Shown one piece after another: positions 14,735-23,409 of a stretch of 24,000 nucleotides of DNA. Each line of letters begins with the position of its first letter. The first letter of the stretch is position 1. The translations under genes and the position numbers were made by a program. Origin of the DNA: Promethearchaeia archaeon (GTDB taxonomy: Archaea > Asgardarchaeota > Lokiarchaeia > Sigyniarchaeales > SOKP01); the NCBI GenBank assembly GCA_029856045.1, contig JAHQWG010000028.1:25972-49971 (forward strand), in the 5' to 3' direction. A model generated the notes under the pieces. It was given only the letters and a program-made list of their open reading frames with translations. It was not told the DNA's origin and did not search any database.

Positions 14735-15940
14735 ATGGTAGGAGAGATTCCTAGAGGAATTAGTCGAAGTTTAAAAGATAAAGTCTTAGGTAAGAAGTTA
14801 AAAATTGTAGAGATGATGCATGAGACTTCAGCAGATCTAAGTGAAAAAAGAGTGGTTTATCGTTTAGCTCTAACTGGAAAAAAAGAGGCAGGAAAAAGGG
14901 AAGAAAAGGTTTCTGCTTTTATAGTTAAAGCATATGAAAGTGCGATTTTGCTTCAATTAGGAAAGTTTATTGGAATTATTCCAGAAGGCGTTTGGGAAAT
15001 TGAAAAAGAATTTCAATACACAGGGACTGAAATTATCTGGGTTGATAAAACAGAGTTTAAAACTAGATGGGGTTTAGCAGATATTTACTTAAATGATAAT
15101 ATTAAAGTAGGGGCTCATGGTTCACTTGTAGTAAAAATTTCAGAACCGAAAAATTTTGTGTTAAATGTTGTCTCAAATAAGCAGATTGTTGACAGAGGAC
15201 AAGTCGATAAATTCATTTTTGAGCACGTAGGTCAAAGTTATAAAGATATACTTGGTGGTTTTTCGATCAATGATGTTATTAGAAGTCGAGATATGATTAA
15301 ACAAAAAGTAAATGCAAAATTATATGATCTTCTAACTCATTGGGGTATTGAATTAATAAATATGGAAATAGAAGGCTTCAAGCTTCCTGAAGAATTTGAG
15401 GAAATTGGTCAAGTATCCATGGAAACCTCACTTGAAAAACAGAAAGCAATCTCAGATAGGGAACGCATAAAAGAGGAAATTGAAACTGTAAAGATACAAT
15501 CAGAATTAGAAGCCCAAAAAAGAGAAATAGAGGCAAATAGAAAAGGTTTTGAACGTGAACAAGCCGTTATAGACTCTCAAATTGGTTATGAAAAAGCTAA
15601 ATATGATGCTAAAGCAAAAGAAATTGAAGGAACTGTGAGTGTTGAATTACTGGAAAAACAGCAAAAAGCTAAAGCAGCAGGAGATGTAGCAAAAATTGAA
15701 GTTACTGGTGATAAAATGGCCAAAATTGTTGAAGCTCAAGCCGGAGTAGATAAGAGTCAAGAGGACTTAAAACGAGAACGACAACAAAAGATTAAGCAAG
15801 AAATTTCCGAATTAAAAGAGAAATTAAATAAATTTGATGATTTATTGGCTGAAGGAAAACTTTCTGAAGATATATATAAAGTGCGAGTTTCTCGAATTGA
15901 GAAAGAGTTGAAAGATCTTGAAACAAAACTTCTAGATTAA
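14735..15940 (+). CDS. SPFH/band-7 (Band_7_1, B. subtilis YdjI-like) protein with long C-terminal coiled coil
   Basis: 'IIWVDKTEFKTRWGLADIYLND.NIKVGAHGSLVVKISEPKNFVLNVVS' tracks YdjI 'VLFVNTKEFTVRWGTKQAINI...IRANGTFTFKVQDYVSLIDKIAG' (from memory). 'GIELINMEIEGFKLPEE' tracks 'GLTVTGFQIMSFNYPQE'. The last ~170 aa is E/K/Q-rich coiled coil. GGGTG lies 6 nt before the ATG. Confidence 0.7.
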   Translation: MVGEIPRGISRSLKDKVLGKKLKIVEMMHETSADLSEKRVVYRLALTGKKEAGKREEKVSAFIVKAYESAILLQLGKFIGIIPEGVWEIEKEFQYTGTEIIWVDKTEFKTRWGLADIYLNDNIKVGAHGSLVVKISEPKNFVLNVVSNKQIVDRGQVDKFIFEHVGQSYKDILGGFSINDVIRSRDMIKQKVNAKLYDLLTHWGIELINMEIEGFKLPEEFEEIGQVSMETSLEKQKAISDRERIKEEIETVKIQSELEAQKREIEANRKGFEREQAVIDSQIGYEKAKYDAKAKEIEGTVSVELLEKQQKAKAAGDVAKIEVTGDKMAKIVEAQAGVDKSQEDLKRERQQKIKQEISELKEKLNKFDDLLAEGKLSEDIYKVRVSRIEKELKDLETKLLD

Positions 15941-15947
15941 ATTAATT

Positions 15948-15980
15948 TCCTTATTTTTTTATATATTATCCTGATTTTTT
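15948..15980 (+). terminator. Candidate oligo-T archaeal terminator after the + strand array
   Basis: T7 run at 15954-15960 and T6 run at 15975-15980, in the 48-nt gap before a convergent gene. T-runs are common in this AT-rich DNA, so support is weak. Confidence 0.25.
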
Positions 15981-15988
15981 AATATCAA

Positions 15989-17107
15989 CTATAAAAAGGA
16001 ATCTATAGTTTTTTTAGATTTCAAATAAGGCTTAATAAATTCAATAATTTTATTATTAAAATTCTTTAAAGTTAATAAGTCTCCTCTTGCATTCACATCT
16101 AATATAGATTCTTTTAAATTTTGAAGATAGAGACCTGCCCATTGCATTCTTTTCCACGCTTTACCAGATATAGAGTTATAATATGCCTGATCCAGTAATT
16201 TCTTAGCAATAATATAGTTGTATTTTCGGTAATCATTAGGAATAAACCGTTTCGCTCGACAAGGTAGTTTATATTTCTTGTATAGAGTAATTAATTTTTT
16301 ATGAATTTTTTTTAAATAATTTCCATCAACATACATATTCCCTTTATATAAATTTAAAAAATCGGCAAGAATGTCTTTATATTTACTATTTTTTAGTTTA
16401 TTTATAAAAAATTGGGCTTGGGAATCCCGCATTGTCATTCCAGGTGAAAATAATATGAAATCACAATTTGCCTTTTTAGTTTTTGAAATTATTTCTTCTA
16501 AATTCTCATCGGAGTCCTCAATATAAGGGACAATTGGCATCAAATTAACACCGGTTTGGATTTTTGGAAATTCTTTTTTAATTTTCATTAATGCTTCAAT
16601 TCTTCTCAATGGAGGTGATGCAAGTGGTTCCAGAAACTTTACAATCTCATCATCGAAGGTTGTAATTGTAAAGGATACAGTGCAATATGTATCAGCTGCG
16701 ATTTTAGATAAAATATCTAAATCACGTAAAACTAAATCAGAATTAGTAGAAAGACAGACAGGATATTTATATTTCAATAACACTTCTAAAATTTGACGGG
16801 TATTTTGATATTTTATTTCAGCTGGTTGATAAGCATCACATACACCACCAGTTGCTACTACATCAGGTAATAATGTTCTAGCATTTTTTAATCGTTTATC
16901 TAATTTTTCTTTAACATCTTTCTTTACTATAATTTCATTGTCCAAATCGGGATGCAAGTAATACTTTTCAGAGCGAGCATCACAATAAATACAAGCATGT
17001 TCACAGCCGTTATATGGATTAAGAGTATATCGACACCAAAACCAACTATCAATATATTTTAACTTATTTATGATAGTTTTGAACTCTTTCTCGATATATT
17101 TAACCAT
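15989..17107 (-). CDS. Radical SAM protein, SplB / 'DNA repair photolyase' (COG1533)-like
   Basis: 'NPYNGCEHACIYCDARS' CX3CX2C motif near the N-terminus, typical of this family. 372-aa ORF. Confidence 0.75.
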   Translation of the reverse strand: MVKYIEKEFKTIINKLKYIDSWFWCRYTLNPYNGCEHACIYCDARSEKYYLHPDLDNEIIVKKDVKEKLDKRLKNARTLLPDVVATGGVCDAYQPAEIKYQNTRQILEVLLKYKYPVCLSTNSDLVLRDLDILSKIAADTYCTVSFTITTFDDEIVKFLEPLASPPLRRIEALMKIKKEFPKIQTGVNLMPIVPYIEDSDENLEEIISKTKKANCDFILFSPGMTMRDSQAQFFINKLKNSKYKDILADFLNLYKGNMYVDGNYLKKIHKKLITLYKKYKLPCRAKRFIPNDYRKYNYIIAKKLLDQAYYNSISGKAWKRMQWAGLYLQNLKESILDVNARGDLLTLKNFNNKIIEFIKPYLKSKKTIDSFL

Positions 17108-17143
17108 AAAACCAAAATTTTCTTTAAAATATATATTATAAAT

Positions 17144-17986
17144 TTAGAAATTTATCAATTTATTTCTAACATAATTTATTCCATTAATAAGAGCTCTTTT
17201 AGAATTTAACTCAACAATTAGCGCCCCCTCATATTTATAGGTTTTTATCAATGAAAAAATCAAATCAAAATTTATTTTTCCCTTCCCAAGAGCGATATGC
17301 GGATCGCTATCTTTTGTATTATTATCAACTAAATGAACATTTTTAATTTTATTATGAAAGGACTGCCAAAATAAAGTGGGGTCTTCAACGTTTGTCCAAT
17401 AATGGGCTGTATCATAAGTTATATAAAGATCATCACCATTAAAATGCGAGAAAAAATTGTTGAAATCTTCAGTTTTCAATAAAATATTAATACTTTTTGG
17501 CATATTTTCAATGCAAATTTTTACTCCTAAATCCTCAGTGGCTTTTAAAATCTCTTTCACAGCCCCAATTAATCGTCTCATATTAAATTGATTAATGGAA
17601 TTAACAACAAGATTCGCTAAACCGGGGTGAATTGTTAATATTTTAGCACCAATCTCTTTACAAATTATAGCAGACTCAATATAAGAATCAATGGATGCTT
17701 TAGAGATTTTATCATTGTGGCTACATAAACTCACGTCTATAAAAGGTCCATGAATTTGTTTTTCAATCGAATATAATTCACATAATTCAATAAAATTGTT
17801 CTTATTTTCCTCAGAAGAAAGAATAGGATAATCTAGAATAATCTCACAAACTTTTAATCTTTCATTTTCAGCCAATTTTAAAGATTCTTCAGTAGAATTT
17901 AAAAATAGGTCAAGAAGTTTTTTGGGTTTTTCTGACCATATAGGATCTAGAATTAAACCTAATGAGCTAATCCCTAACTTTAACAT
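17144..17986 (-). CDS. Sugar phosphate isomerase/epimerase (xylose-isomerase-like TIM barrel, AP_endonuc_2 family)
   Basis: Family-typical motifs 'ILTIHPG', 'ICIENM', 'ITYDTAHY' and 'VHLVDN'. Confidence 0.7.
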   Translation of the reverse strand: MLKLGISSLGLILDPIWSEKPKKLLDLFLNSTEESLKLAENERLKVCEIILDYPILSSEENKNNFIELCELYSIEKQIHGPFIDVSLCSHNDKISKASIDSYIESAIICKEIGAKILTIHPGLANLVVNSINQFNMRRLIGAVKEILKATEDLGVKICIENMPKSINILLKTEDFNNFFSHFNGDDLYITYDTAHYWTNVEDPTLFWQSFHNKIKNVHLVDNNTKDSDPHIALGKGKINFDLIFSLIKTYKYEGALIVELNSKRALINGINYVRNKLINF

Positions 17987-18120
17987 TTCTTATTTATTTT
18001 TGTTAAATATAATGATATTATTAATAATTAAAAAGAGTATTAATGATTTATCTAAGAATTTGAAAATAGAAGAATTTGAGTTCTTTATCATAAAAATTAA
18101 TTTAATTTAATTTTTTCTTA

Positions 18121-19302
18121 TTAATCAGATACATCTATTGGATAAGTCCCGTACTTTCTCTTGATGTTTTGCATAGCTTCAAATCGATCTACAGTAACTG
18201 CTGGATTAATAGAATGCCCACTACTGAAAATATACCCACCACCAGGAGCCAGCTCCCGTATTAATCGTTTTGCATAAGTTTCAATTTCAGTTATTTCTCC
18301 AATTGCCAACATAATAGGGCTTAAATTACCGCAAAAAGTTATTTTATCTCCGTATTTTTCATTCAATTTGAAAATATCATAGTCTGGGTTGGCCGTAGTG
18401 CTTTCTATTGGATTTAATACATCAACACCACTTTCGATTATATCTTCAAAGATTTCTTTTAGGTCTCCATCGGAATGCAATAATATTTTACAGTCTTGTT
18501 TGTGAGCTGCATCACATATCTGTTTAATCCATGGAAAGACATATTTTCTGTAATTTATTGGGCTCATAAATAATCCATTTTTAAAACCATAATCATCCCA
18601 TAGAATTATCATCTGAGCATCATTCTCAGCTAAAATCTTAACGAGTTCAAGCGTAAATTTACCCCTATCATCAAATACTTTTTTTGCTTGCTTATGTCTT
18701 CCCAGAATTCTTGAGAAGGCTTCAAGTCCAAATCCTTCCCAAGTGCATTCCATCAAAGCTCCCGTAGATGGAACGGAGAATATTTCATTGTTCATTTCTT
18801 CTTGAACTTCTCTTCCTGCTAAAAAACCATTTAAACGAGCTTCCCAAGCAGGATCTAGTTGCTCCCAACTCTCATAATCCTCAAAACTTTTAAAATGACC
18901 TCCATAATATCCCAATATTGTTGTGCCATCCTTCTCATAGTACTCAAACTTCATAATTCGTCCATATTCGTCAATAAATCCACTTGCATCTTCAAGAATT
19001 TCCCGCGGGAAAAGACTGGAGATACTTGTTCCTATATCTAATCCAATTTTACGATAAAATTCATATGAAAATTTATATCCTGCTTTTAATAGATTTTTTT
19101 GTTTCAGAAATTTTTGTAGGAGTTCATTTTTATTAGGGACGGTTTTTAATAATGAAATGCCATAGTCTCCTTTACCAGGTTTCATACCGTAATGTTCCAT
19201 AATTGTATTATTCGTAAATGCACTTTCCCAAGCGGGAACTCTATCGGGTTCTTCATGGTTTACTGTTTTTAATACCCGTTCTGGAGCTGTTAATTTGTTC
19301 AT
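18121..19302 (-). CDS. Uroporphyrinogen decarboxylase (URO-D) family protein, MtaA/CmuA-like methyltransferase type
   Basis: N-terminal 'EEPDRVPAWE', 'ILLHSDGDLKEIFEDIIESGVDVLNPIE' and 'GGGYIFSSGHSI' match the URO-D family pattern. The substrate cannot be assigned. Confidence 0.7.
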   Translation of the reverse strand: MNKLTAPERVLKTVNHEEPDRVPAWESAFTNNTIMEHYGMKPGKGDYGISLLKTVPNKNELLQKFLKQKNLLKAGYKFSYEFYRKIGLDIGTSISSLFPREILEDASGFIDEYGRIMKFEYYEKDGTTILGYYGGHFKSFEDYESWEQLDPAWEARLNGFLAGREVQEEMNNEIFSVPSTGALMECTWEGFGLEAFSRILGRHKQAKKVFDDRGKFTLELVKILAENDAQMIILWDDYGFKNGLFMSPINYRKYVFPWIKQICDAAHKQDCKILLHSDGDLKEIFEDIIESGVDVLNPIESTTANPDYDIFKLNEKYGDKITFCGNLSPIMLAIGEITEIETYAKRLIRELAPGGGYIFSSGHSINPAVTVDRFEAMQNIKRKYGTYPIDVSD

Positions 19303-19367
19303 TCTTATAATCTCTAAATTTTAATTTAAGATGTCTATAAATATAAATTAAATCTAATTCTTTAAGA

Positions 19368-20531
19368 TCAAAAAAAGTCAAGCAAACCTCCAATTCCTCT
19401 CATTTTAGCATCTATAGCATGTTGAGGGCACATTTCCATACAACATAAACAAGAAATGCATTTTTTTCTCAAAAAAATTGGATATTGTTGTTCTTTAAAG
19501 TTAATCGCTTCAGCGGGGCATATTTGAGCACAATCACCGCATTTTTTACATAACTTCTGCTTTAAAACTGGTATTTTTTTAAAGATTTTATATACTACAT
19601 GACCTGTAACATAACTCGCAATATTTGTCATAAATGCTCCAGGAACTTTAAATTTAGGAACTTGTTTTTTAGCATCATCTAAGGATAAACCTAATATTTC
19701 AATTTCATCAAAATTTCCCAGACCTAATCCCCTTTTAAACGCATTTTTTAAATGAGGTACTAATTTTAATCCATTTAATTTACCTATCTCTAATGCTACC
19801 AAATCTAGTGCCAATTCATCAGTTCCAACAAGAATTAGGTCCCATTTAACCATTTCTCCTGCATTAGGACCCCTCGGACCCTGCATAATTGTGTGTAAAT
19901 CGTAAATTGTTAATCTATTCGGTTTATTTTTCACAATCCATGAAAAATTATCTGCAAGAACCATTCCAAAATTCTGTGCGTTTTTACCTAATAGATGATA
20001 TTTTGCTTTTAATCCTCCTGGAATGATACCCCAATAATTTTTTATAGCTCCTGTCATCGTAGCCTCCACATGAGTTTTTAACCTTGGAAGATTTATTATA
20101 ATATCGCAATCTTTTACCGGTTTTGATACAAAGAATTCTTTCATAATCAAACCTTCTTCAATTATTTCTTTTTCCGGAATTTCACTTTCAAAATTTACGA
20201 ATTTTAGACCTTCTCTCTCGCAAATACCAAAAAGTCCAATTTTCTTGGCAACAGAAGAAGCATTTTTTTTTAATTGACCGGGAGAATCACCAATTCTTAC
20301 ATTTTCCATAGAAATACCAATACTTTTTAGGTAAGCAACAACTCCTTCAACAAAAATTGGTTGAGTACACGCATCTCTGTTAGTAGAAAGCAAGTTTGGC
20401 TTTAATAAAATATATTTTGAATCTTTAAAGCTAAATGGTAAATCTTTCTCAACCAATTTGATAGCATTACTTATTGCATCAACAATGCTATCAAAATCTC
20501 TTACATTTACAATACCTATTTTTGTTGTCAT
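19368..20531 (-). CDS. DUF362-domain protein fused to a 2x[4Fe-4S] ferredoxin domain
   Basis: DUF362-like 'ILLKPNL', plus two ferredoxin motifs at the C-terminus: 'CKKCGDCAQICPAEAI' and 'CISCLCCMEMCPQHAI'. Confidence 0.8.
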   Translation of the reverse strand: MTTKIGIVNVRDFDSIVDAISNAIKLVEKDLPFSFKDSKYILLKPNLLSTNRDACTQPIFVEGVVAYLKSIGISMENVRIGDSPGQLKKNASSVAKKIGLFGICEREGLKFVNFESEIPEKEIIEEGLIMKEFFVSKPVKDCDIIINLPRLKTHVEATMTGAIKNYWGIIPGGLKAKYHLLGKNAQNFGMVLADNFSWIVKNKPNRLTIYDLHTIMQGPRGPNAGEMVKWDLILVGTDELALDLVALEIGKLNGLKLVPHLKNAFKRGLGLGNFDEIEILGLSLDDAKKQVPKFKVPGAFMTNIASYVTGHVVYKIFKKIPVLKQKLCKKCGDCAQICPAEAINFKEQQYPIFLRKKCISCLCCMEMCPQHAIDAKMRGIGGLLDFF

Positions 20532-21051
20532 TGTTAACAGTTAAGGTTTAAATATTAAAAAAATATCTAATGAATTCCATTTTCTAAACAAAACTTATAA
20601 TTTACTATATAGATATTAATTTTATCCTAGATATAATTTAATAAGTGGATTTGAAACTTTTTCTTTATTTAAATGCATTTTTCTTTATAGAGTATAATCT
20701 TTTATTTTAATTCTTCTTCTAAATTTTAGATCGAATTTTTTCCTTCTTATACTTTCACAATTAAATCCATATCTTTAAAAGCGGAACACCCATATATAAA
20801 GTAGTGCATGAAAAATGATTAGTGGAAAATTCTATTCTTATTTAAAATCGAAAATCAGTTTTGATTTTACTTTTCATATTTTGCACTACAACCCGCATCA
20901 TCATAAACAACATAGCTAATGATGCTAAAATGCAACATGGTTTTTGAATTCTATTCTATATTTTTATTCTTTCTGCGAATAAAATAGTTTTATAATAGAA
21001 AACATAACAAAACAAAATTAAAAATAGAGGTAATAAAAATAAAACTGAAAG

Positions 21052-22239
21052 GTGAATATAATCATCAATAAAAAGATGAAAAAATTGAAATCAAGTCTTG
21101 AAAAAGAAATTCAAGCAAAATCTAACATTCAAAATATGATAAAATATGATCCCCCAGTAGAACAAAGACAGGGAAAAATTCGTTTAGATTTTAATGAGAA
21201 TACATTTGGATGTTCTCCTAAAGTATTGGAAAGATTCAAAGAAATATTAATTGAAGATTTTTCTATATATCCAGAGAATAATACTTTTCGACTAAAATTG
21301 GCAAAATATCTTAATCTTTTTCCCTCAGAAGTGCTGCCATCAAATGGTACTGATGAAGCAATAAAAATAATTATGGATGCTTATCTCGATACTGACCAAG
21401 AATTAATTTTATTAACACCATCGTTTACAATGTACGAGATTTATGCTTTAATTGCTGGAGCAAAAATTCAACCCATCCTTTATAAAACAGATCTTTCCTT
21501 TCCTTTGGAGGATATTTTAGCTGCAATTTCAAAAACTACAAGAATGATAATTATTGGTAATCCAAACAACCCAACTGGCACTATTGTTAAACAAACAGAT
21601 ATTGAGAGAATTTTAAAAAAAGCAAAAAATGCACTTGTTATTATTGACGAAGCATATTTTCACTACTATGGAAAATCTTCAAAGGGATTAATTCGATCTT
21701 ACTCGAATTTAGTTGTCCTCCAGACTTTTTCAAAAGCTTTTGGATTAGCAGGATTGAGAATAGGGTACATTATGGCAAATTCAGCAATAATTGAAACGCT
21801 TCAGAAAGTTATTTCCCCTTATAGTGTTAACAAATTTGCACAAATTGCAGCAATAGCATCAATAGAAGATATAGATTTTCTCAATCAAAAAGTTGAAGAA
21901 ATTCGGAAGAATCGTCAGTTCTTAATAAATCAATTACAATATTTGGGTGTAGAAGTAATTCCATCAGAAGCAAATTTCATAATTGCATATTTTGGAGAAA
22001 AAATGCAAAAAGTTTACACTCTTCTGAATAATTTTGGAATTCTTGTACGAGATCAAAGTAAAAAACCACTATTAAAAAATTATCTACGTATTACTATTGG
22101 TACAAAAGAAGAATGCATTTTGCTAGTAAAAGCAATACAAAAAATTTATTCGGAAATTAAACAAGATTCAGCAAAAAAAATACCATATTTGAAAAATTTG
22201 AGCAAAAATGGCAATCAAAATTATGGAGAGAGACAATAA
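21052..22239 (+). CDS. hisC: Histidinol-phosphate aminotransferase
   Basis: 'IIGNPNNPTG', 'IIDEAY' and the PLP-lysine motif 'QTFSKAFGLAGLRIGY'. Operon context with hisB/H/F. GTG start at 21052 (alternative ATG at 21076). Confidence 0.85.
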   Translation: MNIIINKKMKKLKSSLEKEIQAKSNIQNMIKYDPPVEQRQGKIRLDFNENTFGCSPKVLERFKEILIEDFSIYPENNTFRLKLAKYLNLFPSEVLPSNGTDEAIKIIMDAYLDTDQELILLTPSFTMYEIYALIAGAKIQPILYKTDLSFPLEDILAAISKTTRMIIIGNPNNPTGTIVKQTDIERILKKAKNALVIIDEAYFHYYGKSSKGLIRSYSNLVVLQTFSKAFGLAGLRIGYIMANSAIIETLQKVISPYSVNKFAQIAAIASIEDIDFLNQKVEEIRKNRQFLINQLQYLGVEVIPSEANFIIAYFGEKMQKVYTLLNNFGILVRDQSKKPLLKNYLRITIGTKEECILLVKAIQKIYSEIKQDSAKKIPYLKNLSKNGNQNYGERQ

Positions 22240-22240
22240 A

Positions 22241-22828
22241 ATGAGGAAAGCATCCGTAAATCGTCAAACAAAAGAAACAAAAATTGATATCAGATTAAAT
22301 GTAGATGGAAAAGGTGAATATAATATTTCATCACCAATTGCATTTCTATCTCATATGTTAGAATCATTCGCTAAACATGGACTATTTGATATTTCTCTAA
22401 AAGCAGAGGGAGATATGCAAGTAGATCAGCACCATACAGTTGAAGATTGTGGAATTGTCCTTGGAATGGTATTCAATAAAGCATTGGGCTCAAAAAAGGG
22501 GATTAATAGAGCAGGATATTTTGTTTTTCCTATGGATGATGCATTGGCTTCAGTTTCAGTTGATCTTAGTGGAAGGCCGTTCTTAATTTATAATGTTCAG
22601 TTTAAAAGACAATTTTGCGGTGATTTTGATACAGATTTGCTTAAAGATTTCTTTCAAGGTTTTGCAGTTAATTTAAAAGCAAATATCGCAATTCAGCTTT
22701 TATATGGAAAAAATGATCACCACAAGATAGAAGCAATATTCAAGGCACTTGGGAAAGCCATGAAAATGGCCTGTTCAATTGAACCAAGATTAGGAGAAAA
22801 TATTTTAAGTACAAAAGGGGGTTTATAA
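22241..22828 (+). CDS. hisB: Imidazoleglycerol-phosphate dehydratase
   Basis: 'MRKASVNRQTKETKIDIRLNVDG', 'DQHHTVEDCGIVLG' and 'NDHHKIEAIFKALG'. I prefer the ATG at 22241, just after the hisC stop, over the ORF-track start at 22208, because IGPD proteins typically begin MR.A...R.T.ET. Confidence 0.9.
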   Translation: MRKASVNRQTKETKIDIRLNVDGKGEYNISSPIAFLSHMLESFAKHGLFDISLKAEGDMQVDQHHTVEDCGIVLGMVFNKALGSKKGINRAGYFVFPMDDALASVSVDLSGRPFLIYNVQFKRQFCGDFDTDLLKDFFQGFAVNLKANIAIQLLYGKNDHHKIEAIFKALGKAMKMACSIEPRLGENILSTKGGL

Positions 22829-23409
22829 TGATCACAGTAATTGATTATGGAGTAGGAAATATTAAAAGTGTACAAAAAGCATTTACAAAGATGGGAATAA
22901 AATCCATTATTTCAACAGAATCCCAAAAAATTGAGGAAGCAACTAAGCTTGTTCTTCCCGGGGTAGGAAATTTTGGCGATGTTATGCAAGAACTTCGAAA
23001 ACTAGGGTTTGATAAGATTCTTATTACTAAAATACAAGAAGAAACCCCATTTTTAGGAATTTGTGTTGGTATGCAAATATTATTTGAAACAAGCAGTGAA
23101 GCTGAAGGAATTAATGGATTAGGAATTTTTCGAGGACGCGTACAAAAATTTACACAAGGAAAGATACCTCATATTGGTTGGAATGAAATTATTCCAAGAA
23201 AATCAAGAGTTCTTAAAAAGGGATATGTATATTTTGCTAACTCATTTTATGTTGTACCAAAAGATGATTCAATCATTTCCGCAGAAACAGATTATTTTGT
23301 ACGATTTCCCAGTGCAATTGAAAAGGATAAAATTACAGCATTTCAATTTCATCCAGAAAAAAGTGGAATATTTGGTCTAAATATATTAAAGAGGTGGGCA
23401 AAATGTTAG
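22828..23409 (+). CDS. hisH: Imidazole glycerol phosphate synthase, glutamine amidotransferase subunit
   Basis: 'MITVIDYGVGNIKSV', catalytic 'GICVGMQ' and 'FQFHPEKSG'. The start overlaps the hisB stop (TAATG). Confidence 0.9.
   Translation: MITVIDYGVGNIKSVQKAFTKMGIKSIISTESQKIEEATKLVLPGVGNFGDVMQELRKLGFDKILITKIQEETPFLGICVGMQILFETSSEAEGINGLGIFRGRVQKFTQGKIPHIGWNEIIPRKSRVLKKGYVYFANSFYVVPKDDSIISAETDYFVRFPSAIEKDKITAFQFHPEKSGIFGLNILKRWAKC

Noticed and set aside
14735-15940. Coiled-coil protein after the ESCRT-II-like gene as an ESCRT-III/Vps2-24-like or Vps25 subunit
   Set aside because: The N-terminal 230 aa matches the SPFH Band_7_1 (YdjI-like) pattern. It has neither the Snf7 helical hairpin nor tandem WH domains, and only the tail is coiled coil.
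17922-19041. Small + strand ORFs 17922-18110 and 18859-19041
   Set aside because: The first overlaps the start of the TIM-barrel gene and runs into AT-rich spacer. The second lies antisense inside the URO-D gene. Neither has supporting motifs.
22208-22240. The upstream ATG at 22208 as the hisB start
   Set aside because: It would overlap the hisC 3' end by 32 nt and add 'MAIKIMERDNK' ahead of the canonical IGPD N-terminus 'MRKA..NR.TKET'. The ATG at 22241, directly after the hisC stop, is more plausible, but this is not proven.
23174-23380. 68-aa + strand ORF in an alternative frame of hisH
   Set aside because: It is fully nested in the hisH coding region in another frame, and hisH motifs (GICVGMQ, FHPEKSG) fix the real frame.
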